Assembly: GCA_017546805.1 (NCBI GenBank)
Contig: JAFYRT010000032.1
Span: forward strand, 13,574 to 77,573
From: Muribaculaceae bacterium
GTDB lineage: Bacteria; Bacteroidota; Bacteroidia; Bacteroidales; G3-4614
Direction of reading: 5' to 3'
DNA: 64,000 nt
Shown piece by piece: positions 29,203 through 40,586 of the stretch; the first letter of the stretch is position 1, and each line of letters opens with the position of its first letter. Made by a program: the position numbers and the translations under genes. Below the pieces are notes generated by a model. The model saw nothing but the letters and a program-made list of their open reading frames with translations. It did no database searches and was not told where the DNA came from.

Positions 29203-31806
29203 CTATTTTTCTAATCCCAATGCAGCTTGAATACGCATTATCATATCTTCGTAATGCAATTTAGTTGTCTTATCGGAAGAGCTCATTTTACTCTTCAATA
29301 GTTTTATAATGTTCATTAATTCTCCACGCTTGATACTTATAGCATCACTTTCTCGAGATATTTGGTTTGTTGTAGAGAAAATATATCTTGGAGCCGATGA
29401 TAATCCTCTCTCATTCATTGCCTCTTCGCTACACAACATACAATTGTGATGAGAGTCTAATAACGGATGCTCTGAGTATAAGTCTTTTGAACCTGCATTT
29501 ATCTTTATTCCTTGACATTCTGATGCAGATGTGATTAACGCATCAACAAAACTTTTTTGGATATTACGCTCCATTATGTCAGGATTTTTCCCTTTTATTG
29601 TTTTTGCAAAAATGTGATTGTGAATCATATCCATCATCTCATATGCCGAAAATGCTTTATCTCCGTTTTCATATTCATTCTCAAGCATGCGACATATTCT
29701 TTCGTTAATCAACAAATCCCAGAACATATAGTTGTATTGATTACGGTATGAGACAAATGGATGTTGTTCCATAACTCCCACTGGGGTATTTCTAAGGACG
29801 TATGAATATTTTGTTATATCTGCTCCAAATAACCACTCAGGATATGTAAACAACTCATCCAATAGGAATTGAAGAGCATCTTTTTGACGTTCTTTCTCAA
29901 CATAGGTATATGTTTTCAATCCGTCACCTATTATTGTGTTTTCTAAATAGATTCCACCAATGTTTGCCAATACATGATAGTGATATAGGCTCCATTGGAA
30001 TATTATACCTGCATACAATTCAGCTGCGTCATCATATGTTTGTTCAGGTGTATTTTTCTTAGTCCACTCTACAACATTAGGAACAATTCTTTTAAGATTT
30101 TCAATGCCCAAACGTGCTGCGCGCATTGCATTGTCTCCTAAATCTTCGCTCATTGCACGAGGGTCTATCGCTGTACGTGCAGATTGTGCCTCGCTATAAC
30201 GATATAGTGAAGAATTGTAGAGTTTCAATAGCTCTGCCAATTTTACTTTAGCCTCCTCTTCTGATGGATACCAACGATATCCCCACTCTACAGCCAATAG
30301 GTCGTATGGACCAATGTTAGGAGATAGTATTTTTACGCCATCTTCGGGTTGTGCTATGTAGTTGAAACGTGCATAATCCATAATAGAAGCAGATGTTCCT
30401 CCTATTCTATTTGTAAATGACACAGATCTTAAAGAGTCGACAGAATATGCTGCCGATGCTCTCATATTATGGCGCAATCCCAATGAGTGACCTACTTCAT
30501 GACAAGCTACAAATTTTGCAGCTTCTCCCATCAGTGTATCAGGTAATACTGATTGTCTTGCTGCTGGATTTACGGCTGATGTTTGTACGTGAATCCACTC
30601 TTTCAAAAGAGATTTAACATTATGCCACCAAATTATGTCTGCCTCCAATATCTCTCCAGAACGGGGGTCTATTGTAGAAGGTCCCATTGCATTTGCTTTG
30701 GTTGATGCAGCATGTGTAAATACCGAATATTTCATATCATCTCCCTCGGCTGCAATACTATCGGTATACTCTTTTACTTGAATTGCATTTTTAAATCCTG
30801 CCATCTCAAAAGCGACATTCCAATCCAAAATACCCTCTTTTATATAAGGTATAAGTTTTGTAGGCATTGCCGGGTCAATATAGAAGACTATAGGCTTAAT
30901 AGGCTCTACCAAGTCACCTTTTAGATATGCTTCTTTATCTGAAGGCTCTAATCTCCAGCGAGTTATATAGCGTTTACGCTCCACCGATTGTTGATCGTCG
31001 GTATATTTTAACATTGGAACTGAGAAGTAACCAATTCTGTTTATCTCCTCACGAGGAAGCATTGGTTGCTCGGGCAACAGAGTAAGAGTTGAGCTTACTA
31101 CTGTTGTTATATTTACTTTAGATGTACCCTCAGATACTTTTGTTGTTAACTCTGATGTTGCTGTAAGGTTATTCTCAAAAGATTTAACACTTATAATACG
31201 AGAAAGGCTTGACGAAACGGGTGTTCCCAAATTTATTTTGGCAAACACATCGTTTATGCAATTATCTGTTCCATTGAACAAATCATTAATCTTAATTACC
31301 ACTGATTGACTATCGGGAGAAACCGCCTCTACTTTTATGCGAGCCAATATTGGGTTTATATAATTGTCCTTTACAGAAGAACCGATTGCATCATTTTCTG
31401 AGAATTCGAGTGCTTTGCGATATTGACGAATTGTTACATTTTTGAATTTATCTTCATTTTCAAAACTTATTATTTGATTTTGATAGACAATTCCTTTGTT
31501 TATTCCTGCGATATTCAACTCTTGTTGAACCTTTTGCATTCTGTTTACCACCAAGAAGTTGCGTCCAAAAAGATTTGTTGGGATTTCGATATAGAAAGTA
31601 TCTCCCTTTGCTATTACATTAACAACCCCACTCATAGACAAAGAGTCACGTCCTGTCATCTTTTTATATGCGGACTCTTTCACCACCTCCTCAGTTTTTG
31701 ATTTTTTTCTGCTACTTTTATTCACTTGTTTAGCTGCAAATGCAGATTCATTTATGAATAAATATGCAAATGTGAAAATTGACACAAAAATTAATATCTT
31801 CCTCAT
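29203..31806 (-). CDS. secreted zinc metalloprotease (Met-zincin, DUF5117/DUF4953-type)
   Basis: 867 aa with a signal peptide and the zincin motif HEVGHSLGLRHN. This large multidomain architecture is common in Bacteroidota 'zinc-dependent metalloprotease' proteins. Confidence 0.8.
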   Translation of the reverse strand: MRKILIFVSIFTFAYLFINESAFAAKQVNKSSRKKSKTEEVVKESAYKKMTGRDSLSMSGVVNVIAKGDTFYIEIPTNLFGRNFLVVNRMQKVQQELNIAGINKGIVYQNQIISFENEDKFKNVTIRQYRKALEFSENDAIGSSVKDNYINPILARIKVEAVSPDSQSVVIKINDLFNGTDNCINDVFAKINLGTPVSSSLSRIISVKSFENNLTATSELTTKVSEGTSKVNITTVVSSTLTLLPEQPMLPREEINRIGYFSVPMLKYTDDQQSVERKRYITRWRLEPSDKEAYLKGDLVEPIKPIVFYIDPAMPTKLIPYIKEGILDWNVAFEMAGFKNAIQVKEYTDSIAAEGDDMKYSVFTHAASTKANAMGPSTIDPRSGEILEADIIWWHNVKSLLKEWIHVQTSAVNPAARQSVLPDTLMGEAAKFVACHEVGHSLGLRHNMRASAAYSVDSLRSVSFTNRIGGTSASIMDYARFNYIAQPEDGVKILSPNIGPYDLLAVEWGYRWYPSEEEAKVKLAELLKLYNSSLYRYSEAQSARTAIDPRAMSEDLGDNAMRAARLGIENLKRIVPNVVEWTKKNTPEQTYDDAAELYAGIIFQWSLYHYHVLANIGGIYLENTIIGDGLKTYTYVEKERQKDALQFLLDELFTYPEWLFGADITKYSYVLRNTPVGVMEQHPFVSYRNQYNYMFWDLLINERICRMLENEYENGDKAFSAYEMMDMIHNHIFAKTIKGKNPDIMERNIQKSFVDALITSASECQGIKINAGSKDLYSEHPLLDSHHNCMLCSEEAMNERGLSSAPRYIFSTTNQISRESDAISIKRGELMNIIKLLKSKMSSSDKTTKLHYEDMIMRIQAALGLEK

Positions 31807-32104
31807 TATCCCAAACTTATACTACAAACTCCACCAATATATATATGAATTATATACAGAAAAGTTCTTCTGAATTAATATTTACAAATGAATTTATACT
31901 TATATTTAAGGTACAAAAATACATTAATAATATTAAATTAAAAAATTTTTGGATACACAATTATTATATAATAAGTATATTTAATATCTTTGTGAAAGCA
32001 TTTAAGCACGTTTTTGTTTTAAATTAAAATTTATGCGTCTTTCATTATTTTTCATACAAAAACAGCTCAACATGCATAATTATTGCAAATTTTAATATTT
32101 TGAC

Positions 32105-33970
32105 ATGAACTACGGTTTTATTAAAGTTGCTGCGTCAACACCTCTTTTAAAGGTGGCTGACACAGAATACAATTCGGACAGAATAATAGAGGTGATTAAG
32201 AGTGCTAATGAACAAGGCGCTAAAATTGTTGTATTCCCGGAACTTTCAATTACATCTGCTTCGTGCGGAGATATGTTTGCAAAAAATTCTCTGCTATCTG
32301 CAGCGAGAGCAAGTCTTAAAAAGATTATTGACGAAACAAAAGAGATAAAATCTTTAATCATTGTCGGACTCCCCGTTGTAGTAAAAGGAAAAACATACAA
32401 TTGTTCGGTAGCATGCCAATATGGTAAGATTTTATGCATAATCCCCAAAAGAGACTTGACCAATCAAGAGTCAAGATGGTTTACTTCGGGACGTGGAGTT
32501 GACACCTCTACTACCCTATGCGGTCAAACCGTAAATATAAAAGACAAAGCCGTCCTATCTTCTCAGGAGATTACTCTTTCCATTGCCATGGGCAACGATA
32601 TATTAAGAGGTGAATATAATTCCGAAATTATTGCAATACCATATGTATCGCCAGAATTGGTTGGTCAATATAAAAACACCAAGAAGAGTATTAAAACATT
32701 CTCTCTAAATTATAATTCCGCCATTGTTTTTGCTTCGGCAGGAAAAGGTGAATCATCTACTGATTTTGCATATGCAGGAGGCTCTATCATTGCCGAAAAT
32801 GGAGATATTTTAGCTGAAGGCGAAAAATTTGCAAAAACAGACTCGCTTATCATTTCCGAAATTGATACTGACATTATTAAATACGAAAGAAGCAAAATTT
32901 CGAACAATTACGCTTTCGACGATAAAACATTTGAATTTTATATAAGTGCTGACAAAGAGTTTAACTTAAGCAGAAAGATTAACCCCACTCCATTTATTCC
33001 AACAGATAAAGACGCTCTTTCGGAGAGATGCGAGGAGATTTTCAATATACAAACCGCAGCTCTTATAAGAAGAATGGAGCATACCAATTCTAAAAAAGCC
33101 GTAATTGGCATTTCAGGAGGATTAGATTCAACCCTTGCTCTTCTGGTTGCCGTTAACGCATTTGATAAAATGGGCATTGACAGAAGCGGAATAACCGCCA
33201 TTACAATGCCGGGGTTTGGAACAACAGACAGAACCTACACCAATGCAGTAAACATGATTAACAGCTTAGGGGCTACATTTAAAGAGATATCTATTAAAGA
33301 TGCTTGCATACAACATTTTAAAGATATTGAACACGATGCTGACACTCATGATATCACATTTGAAAACTCTCAAGCTCGCGAACGCACTCAGATTTTAATG
33401 GACTATGCCAACAAAACAGGTGCTCTGCATTTGGGAACAGGCGATATGAGTGAACTTGCCTTGGGTTGGGCAACATATAACGGCGATCATATATCTATGT
33501 ACAATGTAAACGGTTCAATTCCTAAAACATTGGCAAAATATATGGTGGCATGGGTTGCTCTACGCAACGAAGGAGAAATTCGCTCAACACTTCTTGATGT
33601 GGTAAACACTCCTATTTCTCCGGAGTTGACACCTGCAGACGAAAACGGAAACATTAAACAAAAGACAGAGGATATTGTAGGTCCATACAAGTTGCACGAC
33701 TTCTTTCTATACAACTTCCTACGATATGGATTCTCTGTTTCAAAAATATTCTTCTTAGCAAAAAATGCTTTTGAAGGAAAATACGATAGTGAGTGCATAA
33801 AGAAATGGCTTACCACATTTATGAGACGCTTTTTCCAACAACAGTTTAAGCGTTCATGCTTGAATGACGGGCCGGCAGTAGGTATAATTTCGCTATCCCC
33901 TCGCGGTGGGCTTGTAATGCCAAGCGACATGTCGGCAACAGTATGGTTAAGTGAGTGCGAAAAGTTATAA
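32105..33970 (+). CDS. nadE: glutamine-dependent NAD+ synthase
   Basis: 621 aa with an N-terminal CN-hydrolase (glutaminase) domain and a C-terminal synthetase domain carrying the PP-loop GISGGLDST. Confidence 0.9.
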   Translation: MNYGFIKVAASTPLLKVADTEYNSDRIIEVIKSANEQGAKIVVFPELSITSASCGDMFAKNSLLSAARASLKKIIDETKEIKSLIIVGLPVVVKGKTYNCSVACQYGKILCIIPKRDLTNQESRWFTSGRGVDTSTTLCGQTVNIKDKAVLSSQEITLSIAMGNDILRGEYNSEIIAIPYVSPELVGQYKNTKKSIKTFSLNYNSAIVFASAGKGESSTDFAYAGGSIIAENGDILAEGEKFAKTDSLIISEIDTDIIKYERSKISNNYAFDDKTFEFYISADKEFNLSRKINPTPFIPTDKDALSERCEEIFNIQTAALIRRMEHTNSKKAVIGISGGLDSTLALLVAVNAFDKMGIDRSGITAITMPGFGTTDRTYTNAVNMINSLGATFKEISIKDACIQHFKDIEHDADTHDITFENSQARERTQILMDYANKTGALHLGTGDMSELALGWATYNGDHISMYNVNGSIPKTLAKYMVAWVALRNEGEIRSTLLDVVNTPISPELTPADENGNIKQKTEDIVGPYKLHDFFLYNFLRYGFSVSKIFFLAKNAFEGKYDSECIKKWLTTFMRRFFQQQFKRSCLNDGPAVGIISLSPRGGLVMPSDMSATVWLSECEKL

Positions 33971-34064
33971 TTCTTTATTTTTAAAGCGTAAATAAGAATA
34001 ATTTACACACTACTATACAGTATTTATTCATAAATTAAAAGCATATATACATTATTTATACACA

Positions 34065-34097
34065 CCTCGCTAAAAATATACAATTATTTTAGCGAGG
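34065..34097 (+). terminator. probable terminator after nadE
   Basis: Stem cctcgctaaaa / ttttagcgagg with an 11-nt loop. The downstream T-run is weak (taattattt). Confidence 0.5.
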
Positions 34098-34305
34098 TAA
34101 TTATTTAAATATCAAACATTAATAGATAAAAAAGGTTATTTTTATAAAATTATATTACAATAAATATAGTGTTAAATAAATATTTTATTACTTTTGCATC
34201 TTCAAATTGAGATTTTTATATTATTACATCTTTTACTTAACAAATATAAGATACCAAACGAAAGAAGTGATAATATGTAATTAATAAGAATAAATTAATT
34301 AGATT

Positions 34306-36588
34306 ATGTCAAAAATTACAAAAGAGGCTGCCCTTGAGTATCACCGTAATGGCAAGCCCGGAAAAATTGAAGTTATACCAACAAAACCTTATAGTACACA
34401 AACCGACCTATCTCTTGCATACTCACCTGGTGTAGCAGAGCCATGTTTGGAAATTGAAAAAAATCCCCAAGATGCTTATGAGTATACTGCAAAAGGAAAT
34501 CTTGTTGCAGTTATCTCTAACGGTACTGCGGTATTAGGATTGGGAGATATAGGCGCTCTTGCAGGAAAACCTGTTATGGAAGGAAAAGGCTTGTTGTTTA
34601 AAATATTTGCTGACGTTGATGTATTTGACATTGAGGTTGACGAAAAAGACCCTGAAAAATTCATTCAAGCAGTAAAAGCCATCTCTCCTACTTTCGGAGG
34701 TATCAACCTTGAGGATATTAAAGCTCCTGAATGTTTTATTATAGAGGATAGACTTAAAGCAGAATTGAACATCCCCGTTATGCACGACGACCAACATGGA
34801 ACTGCAATTATTTCGGGTGCAGGTTTAATTAACGCATTGGAGCTTCAAGGTAAAAAAATTGAAGACGTTCGTTTGGTTGTAAATGGAGCCGGTGCTTCTG
34901 CCACATCTTGTACAAGACTTTATATGAGCCTTGGTATCAGACGCGAAAATATTGTAATGGTTGACAGTAAAGGTGTTATCAACAGCAAACGTCAAGGCCT
35001 TACTCCTCAAAAACAAGAGTTTATGACAACTCGCGAAATAAACACTTTGGAGGAGGCAATGGTTGGAGCAGACGTATTCTTAGGTCTTTCAAGAGCAGAC
35101 GTTCTTACTCAAGATATGATTCGTTCAATGAACGATAAACCTATTGTTTTTGCGTTGGCTAATCCAAATCCCGAGATTGCTTACGACAAAGCAAAAGAGT
35201 CTCGTCCTGACCTTATATTTGCAACAGGACGTTCGGACTATCCTAACCAAATCAACAACGTGTTGGGATTCCCATACATATTCCGTGGAGCATTGGACGT
35301 TCACGCATCTGCAATAAACGAAGAGATGAAACTTGCTGCTGTTTATGCAATTGCAGCTCTTGCCAAAGAGCGCGTTCCCGATGTTGTTAACGCAGCATAC
35401 AATATTAATAAAATAAGCTTTGGACCTGAATATATTATACCTAAAGCTCTTGACCCACGCTTGCTAACACGCGTTGCTCCTGCTGTTGCAAAAGCAGCTA
35501 TGGACACAGGCATTGCTGCAAAACCAATTACCGATTGGAATGCCTACAAAAACAGTTTAAGAGCAAGAATGGGATATGACAACAAATTGGTTCGTCAATT
35601 AACAGAAACAGCAAAAGCTAACCCCAAACGTGTTGTATTTGCCGAGGCTAACCACGTTAACATGCTTACTGCAGCTGTTACAGCATACAAAGAAGGAATT
35701 TGTACTCCTATTCTATTGGGCAACGAAGAGATGATTGCAAAAACAGCTGAGCGCAATCACCTTGACCTTGCAGATATTGAAATTGTAAACCTTCGTCACG
35801 ACAGAGAGGCTGACAGACGTTGCAAATATGCAACTATATTGGCAGAAAAACGTCAACGTCAAGGCGTTACATTTGCAGAAGCATACGAAAAGATGTTCGA
35901 CCGTTCATACTTTGGTATGATGATGGTTGAGTGCGGAGATGCAGATGCATTTATAACAGGTACATATACCAACTATAACGAAGCAATACAAATAGCAAAA
36001 GATGTTATCGGTATTCGTCCCGAATACAAACACTTTGGTGCAATGCACATTGTTTCAACTAAAAAAGGTACTTTCTACCTTGCAGACACATTGGTTAACC
36101 GCAAACCGGATGATGAAACTTTGGTGGATATAGCAAGACTTTCTGTACACACAGTAAACTTCTTTGCTCAAGACCCCGTAATGGCAATGATTTCATATTC
36201 AAACTTTGGTTCTGACAATCAAGGAAGCCCTGCTCAAGTACACAGCGCAGTACAAAAGTTACACTCTCAATATCCCGACATTATTGTTGACGGAGAGATG
36301 CAACTTAACTTCGCAATGGATAAGAGATTACGCGATAACACATTCCCATTCTCTAAACTAAATGGCAAAGATGTAAACACCCTTATTTTCCCCAATTTGA
36401 GTGCAGCAAACAGTGCATACAAACTTCTTTTGGAGATGGGTGTTAATGAAAGCGTTGGTCCAATTCAAATGGGATTGAACAAACCTATCCACTTTACAGA
36501 TATTGAAAGTTCTCCCCGCGACATTGTCAACCTTACAACCGTAGCGGTTATCGATGCAATTGTGGATGAGAAATTACACAACAAATAA
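34306..36588 (+). CDS. maeB: NADP-dependent malic enzyme (malic enzyme fused to a PTA-like domain)
   Basis: 760 aa. The N-terminal malic enzyme has the NAD(P)-binding loop VNGAGASA, and the C-terminal ~330 aa is a phosphate-acetyltransferase-like domain, the MaeB architecture. Confidence 0.9.
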   Translation: MSKITKEAALEYHRNGKPGKIEVIPTKPYSTQTDLSLAYSPGVAEPCLEIEKNPQDAYEYTAKGNLVAVISNGTAVLGLGDIGALAGKPVMEGKGLLFKIFADVDVFDIEVDEKDPEKFIQAVKAISPTFGGINLEDIKAPECFIIEDRLKAELNIPVMHDDQHGTAIISGAGLINALELQGKKIEDVRLVVNGAGASATSCTRLYMSLGIRRENIVMVDSKGVINSKRQGLTPQKQEFMTTREINTLEEAMVGADVFLGLSRADVLTQDMIRSMNDKPIVFALANPNPEIAYDKAKESRPDLIFATGRSDYPNQINNVLGFPYIFRGALDVHASAINEEMKLAAVYAIAALAKERVPDVVNAAYNINKISFGPEYIIPKALDPRLLTRVAPAVAKAAMDTGIAAKPITDWNAYKNSLRARMGYDNKLVRQLTETAKANPKRVVFAEANHVNMLTAAVTAYKEGICTPILLGNEEMIAKTAERNHLDLADIEIVNLRHDREADRRCKYATILAEKRQRQGVTFAEAYEKMFDRSYFGMMMVECGDADAFITGTYTNYNEAIQIAKDVIGIRPEYKHFGAMHIVSTKKGTFYLADTLVNRKPDDETLVDIARLSVHTVNFFAQDPVMAMISYSNFGSDNQGSPAQVHSAVQKLHSQYPDIIVDGEMQLNFAMDKRLRDNTFPFSKLNGKDVNTLIFPNLSAANSAYKLLLEMGVNESVGPIQMGLNKPIHFTDIESSPRDIVNLTTVAVIDAIVDEKLHNK

Positions 36589-36604
36589 TTCTGAAAAGTT
36601 CATA

Positions 36605-36652
36605 AAAGCGAAAGAGGCTGTTTCAAAAATGAAGCAGCCTCTTTCGCTTTTA
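36605..36652. terminator. bidirectional hairpin terminator between maeB and the methyltransferase gene
   Basis: 16-bp stem aaagcgaaagaggctg / cagcctctttcgcttt, flanked by A-runs and T-runs. It lies between convergent genes. Confidence 0.75.
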
Positions 36653-37351
36653 TAAGTAAAAATCATTAGTAAGTTCTTTATATTGTAAAGTATAAGAACC
36701 TTCGCCTGTGGTTATTATAAGTGTATCTATTGTGTATTGCGATTGTTCTCTACTCCACTCTGTCAGTACTCGTTTCGGTTCTGCACCTTCTATTGTTACA
36801 ACCCAAGTTAATCGGCGAAGATAGAATCCTTGCATAAGAGCTGTTTGTGCGAGAAACGAATAGCTATCGGCAGGAGTAATCATAGAGAATAATCCTTTAG
36901 GAGAGATTATATCTTTCACTCCTTCAAACAGGCTTTCAAAACTCAACGAAGCTGTATTACGAGCCGATACCCGTTTTAAATCGGGTGAAAATGTATCTTC
37001 AGTAAAAAAAGGTGGATTTGATATTACTATGTCATACCTTTTGGCACAATCTTTAGAGAAACTGACAAAATTTCCACAAATGGCATTTATTGAGTTGTTC
37101 CACTGTGATGAAGCAAAATTATTTTTTGAATCTCTTACTGCTCCCTCATCAATATCAATGGCATCAATATTCAACTTACCGTTTGAACGTTGCGCCATTA
37201 TCAATGACAATATGCCCGAACCACAGCCTATATCCAGCAAAGCACCATCATTGCTTGGCATTGCAGCCCAAGCTCCAAGTAAAACTCCGTCGGTTCCTAC
37301 TTTCATAGCGGAGTTTCGGTCGTCTATTGTAAAATGCTTAAATCTGAACAT
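36650..37351 (-). CDS. tRNA1(Val) (adenine37-N6)-methyltransferase (YfiC/TrmN6-like)
   Basis: SAM-binding loop LDIGCGSGILSL and catalytic motif NPPFF. I use the ATG at 37351 (MFRFKHFTI), not the 10-codon upstream extension. Confidence 0.8.
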   Translation of the reverse strand: MFRFKHFTIDDRNSAMKVGTDGVLLGAWAAMPSNDGALLDIGCGSGILSLIMAQRSNGKLNIDAIDIDEGAVRDSKNNFASSQWNNSINAICGNFVSFSKDCAKRYDIVISNPPFFTEDTFSPDLKRVSARNTASLSFESLFEGVKDIISPKGLFSMITPADSYSFLAQTALMQGFYLRRLTWVVTIEGAEPKRVLTEWSREQSQYTIDTLIITTGEGSYTLQYKELTNDFYL

Positions 37352-37526
37352 AGTTATATCAAGGAATAAACATAAGTGCAAATTTACTCTATTTTTTAAT
37401 TTACACCATAATAAGAGTATAATTTTGGCACAACTATTGCATTATACTGTACGGTCTTTGACTCCATGATTTTATGGAGTTAAAATGACATATATGACAA
37501 TTTGACACAATAAGAGATTGTAGATT

Positions 37527-39998
37527 ATGAGTAATTTTTCAAATAATAAAGACGAAATGTCATTTGTTCCTATTATCGTTGATGTAGACGGTAATCCTGA
37601 CATGACTTGTTCTGACGTACAAACAGAGGACTTACCTATTCTTCCATTAAGGGATATGGTTTTGTTTCCAGGAGTTACAATGCCAATTCTTGTTGGCAGA
37701 AAATCGTCTCTTGCACTAATAGACGAGGCTTTTGCCAATAAAAAACATATTGGTGTTACATGCCAAAAAAATCCAAGCATCGAAGAGCCGGGAATTAACG
37801 ACATATACACTATTGGTGTTATTGCAGAGATTGTTAAGGTTTTTCAACTACCAGATGGTAACACATCGGTAATTCTTCAAGGAAAACAACGATTCACCTT
37901 GTTGAACATTACACAAAACAACCCATACTTAAGAGGTGAGGTTGCTCTATTGGATGAATTGGCAGTAAATAAACGCGACAAAGAGTTTAAGGTTCTTGTT
38001 AATGCCATAAAGGATACAACAAGTGAATATCTTAAATATTTGGGAGAACCTTCGCGTGAACTATTGAGCTCGTTAAGAAATATCGACGGCAGCAATGGTT
38101 TGCTAATAAACTTCCTATGTACAAACATTCCTTTTGACACAAAACGCAAAGAGTCGCTTTTGGCTGAGAGTTCTATTAAAGAGAGAGGATTCCTTCTTTA
38201 TTCAGAACTTGGAAAAGAGTTGCAGTTGATGGAGATAAAAAAAGATATCCATAACAAAACACATCAATACATCTCTCAACAGCAACGCGAGCACTTCTTG
38301 CAACAACAGATAAAGACAATTCAAGAGGAACTTGGAGATACTTCTGATAGTGATATTGACGAACTATTAGAGAAAGCCGACAAGAAGAAATGGAGCAAAG
38401 AGGTACGTGCTATCTTTGACAAAGAGATTAAAAAGCTTCAACGCTTTCACCCTCAATCTCCCGACTTCTCGGTACAATACAACTACGTTGAGAATTTCCT
38501 TGATTTGCCATGGGGCGAATATACAAAAGACAACTTCAACCTTGACAATGCAAAAAAACAGTTGGATAAAGACCATTTTGGATTGGAGAAGGTTAAAGAC
38601 CGCATTATAGAACACCTTGCAGTGCTTAAATTGCGTGGCGATATGAAATCGCCAATTCTATGTTTGTATGGCCCTCCGGGAGTTGGTAAAACATCTTTGG
38701 GACGTTCAATTGCAGAGGCATTGAACCGCAAATATGTAAGAGTTTCGTTTGGTGGTTTGCACGACGAAGCAGAAATCAGAGGACACCGACGAACATACAT
38801 CGGAGCTATGCCCGGACGTATTATTCAAGGATTACAAAAGGCTAAAAGTTCAAATCCTGTATTCGTTTTGGACGAGATTGACAAAGTTGGAAACGATTAC
38901 AAGGGAGACCCTGCTGCTGCACTTTTAGAGGCATTGGACCCAGAACAAAACAATGCATTCCACGACAACTACCTTGATGTTGACTACGACCTATCTAAGG
39001 TGTTGTTCATTGCAACTGCAAACAACCTTGGTTCAATAAGCCGTCCCCTACTCGACCGTATGGAACTAATAGATGTTTCGGGCTACATAATGGAGGAGAA
39101 AGTTGAGATTGGACGCCGTCACCTTGTTCCAAAACAGTTGTCAGAACACGGTCTGCAAAAAGGAGATGTTTCAATTCCCAAAAAGACAATGGAAGCCATT
39201 ATTGAAGGCTATACTCGTGAATCGGGAGTGAGAGAATTAGATAAGAAGATTGCTAAAATAATGCGTCGTATTGCCCGTAAAAAAGGAGCTGAAGAGGAAT
39301 ATAACAAAACAATATCTGTTACAGATCTTAAAGAGTTGCTTGGCGAAAAAGAGTATTCAAAAGAGATTTACGAGGGTAACGAGTATGCAGGTGTTGTTAC
39401 AGGTTTGGCATGGACTGCTGTTGGTGGAGAGATTCTATTTATTGAATCGAGCCTATGCAAAGGTAAAGGTGAAAAACTTACACTTACCGGAAACCTTGGC
39501 GATGTAATGAAAGAGTCTGCCGTAATTGCATTGCAATATATTAAATCGCACGCAGAAGAGTTAGGCATTGACGAAGATGTATTTGAGAAATGGAATTTGC
39601 ATATTCACGTTCCCGAAGGTGCAATCCCTAAAGATGGGCCATCGGCAGGTATAACAATGATAACCTCAATTGCATCGTCATTCACTCAACGCAAGGTAAA
39701 AGCAAATCTTGCAATGACAGGAGAAATTACTCTTCGCGGACGAGTATTACCTGTCGGAGGAATAAAAGAGAAAATTCTTGCCGCTAAACGTGCAGGAATA
39801 AAAGAGATTATTCTTTGCGAGCAAAACAAAAAGGATATTAACGAAATTCAACCCGAATACCTAAAAGGATTGACATTCCATTATGTAAATAACATCTCGG
39901 AGGTATTGGATATTGCATTGACAGAGAAGAAAGTTAATCGTCCACTTGTACTTAACTACAAAACACAAGCAACACAAGCACAAGCTCCTTTGCAATAG
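37527..39998 (+). CDS. lon: ATP-dependent Lon protease (endopeptidase La)
   Basis: 823 aa with the LON N-domain, AAA+ Walker [10 protein letters not shown], and a proteolytic domain containing [11 protein letters not shown] (catalytic Ser). Confidence 0.95.
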   Translation: MSNFSNNKDEMSFVPIIVDVDGNPDMTCSDVQTEDLPILPLRDMVLFPGVTMPILVGRKSSLALIDEAFANKKHIGVTCQKNPSIEEPGINDIYTIGVIAEIVKVFQLPDGNTSVILQGKQRFTLLNITQNNPYLRGEVALLDELAVNKRDKEFKVLVNAIKDTTSEYLKYLGEPSRELLSSLRNIDGSNGLLINFLCTNIPFDTKRKESLLAESSIKERGFLLYSELGKELQLMEIKKDIHNKTHQYISQQQREHFLQQQIKTIQEELGDTSDSDIDELLEKADKKKWSKEVRAIFDKEIKKLQRFHPQSPDFSVQYNYVENFLDLPWGEYTKDNFNLDNAKKQLDKDHFGLEKVKDRIIEHLAVLKLRGDMKSPILCLYGPPGVGKTSLGRSIAEALNRKYVRVSFGGLHDEAEIRGHRRTYIGAMPGRIIQGLQKAKSSNPVFVLDEIDKVGNDYKGDPAAALLEALDPEQNNAFHDNYLDVDYDLSKVLFIATANNLGSISRPLLDRMELIDVSGYIMEEKVEIGRRHLVPKQLSEHGLQKGDVSIPKKTMEAIIEGYTRESGVRELDKKIAKIMRRIARKKGAEEEYNKTISVTDLKELLGEKEYSKEIYEGNEYAGVVTGLAWTAVGGEILFIESSLCKGKGEKLTLTGNLGDVMKESAVIALQYIKSHAEELGIDEDVFEKWNLHIHVPEGAIPKDGPSAGITMITSIASSFTQRKVKANLAMTGEITLRGRVLPVGGIKEKILAAKRAGIKEIILCEQNKKDINEIQPEYLKGLTFHYVNNISEVLDIALTEKKVNRPLVLNYKTQATQAQAPLQ

Positions 39999-40027
39999 AG
40001 TTTTTAGCTTTTAGTTGTTAGAAAAAT

Positions 40028-40069
40028 AGAGAGGCTGTGTCAAAATGCAAATTTTGATATCAGCCTCTT
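40028..40069. terminator. long hairpin after lon
   Basis: agagaggctgtgtcaaaat / attttgatatcagcctctt (one mismatch). The T-run is clearer on the minus strand (ctattttt) than on the plus strand. Confidence 0.5.
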
Positions 40070-40231
40070 AAGATTTGTAAGAATTAATAAAATACAAGGC
40101 GTTGAAATTTAGGGTGAAATGAGTGTACATATGTACATGACTGAGCCCTAATATTGAAAACAACACAGTAGTTTGTCAATTATGACACATCGCCTTTATT
40201 AGTTTAAGAAGTTTTATATACAACTCAAATG

Positions 40232-40262
40232 TTTGTTATTATCTAACTTTTTAATACCTTTG
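40232..40262 (+). promoter_or_regulatory. Bacteroidota-type sigma-A promoter (TTTG-N19-TACCTTTG)
   Basis: -33 TTTG at 40232-40235 and -7 TACCTTTG at 40255-40262, with a 19-nt spacer. It lies about 320 nt upstream of the 40587 ATG. Confidence 0.6.
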
Positions 40263-40586
40263 AATTTGAAAATACATTTTTAATATAAAATCAGAATTGC
40301 CTATGATGGATTAGCGTATAATTGATACGCACATTTTAAGACATATTTGGGAAAAGCGTTTTTAGCATTTATTCTTCTGCTCATAAAGTTTGGCGACTTA
40401 CAAGGCAAAGGTTGAATAATAGTTAAGAGACTTGTACGTATTATATCAATACGTATGGGTATTATTTTATTTATTAATTTATGTCAAATACCTATGAACA
40501 TGGACACTTAAAGTTCCGTGCTTTTTTTATGCACGGATTTTAAAAATAAAACATTCTTATAATCACTTAAAATCCGAACAGAAGCG

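Noticed and set aside
37472-37810. 112-aa minus-strand ORF overlapping the start of lon.
   Set aside because: It overlaps the lon N-domain on the opposite strand and runs into the lon promoter region. It has no motifs.
40070-40586. Possible invertible (phase-variable) promoter upstream of the surface lipoprotein genes.
   Set aside because: I found no pair of flanking inverted repeats bracketing the 40232-40262 promoter, no ARACGTWCGT-type sites, and no site-specific recombinase gene in the window.
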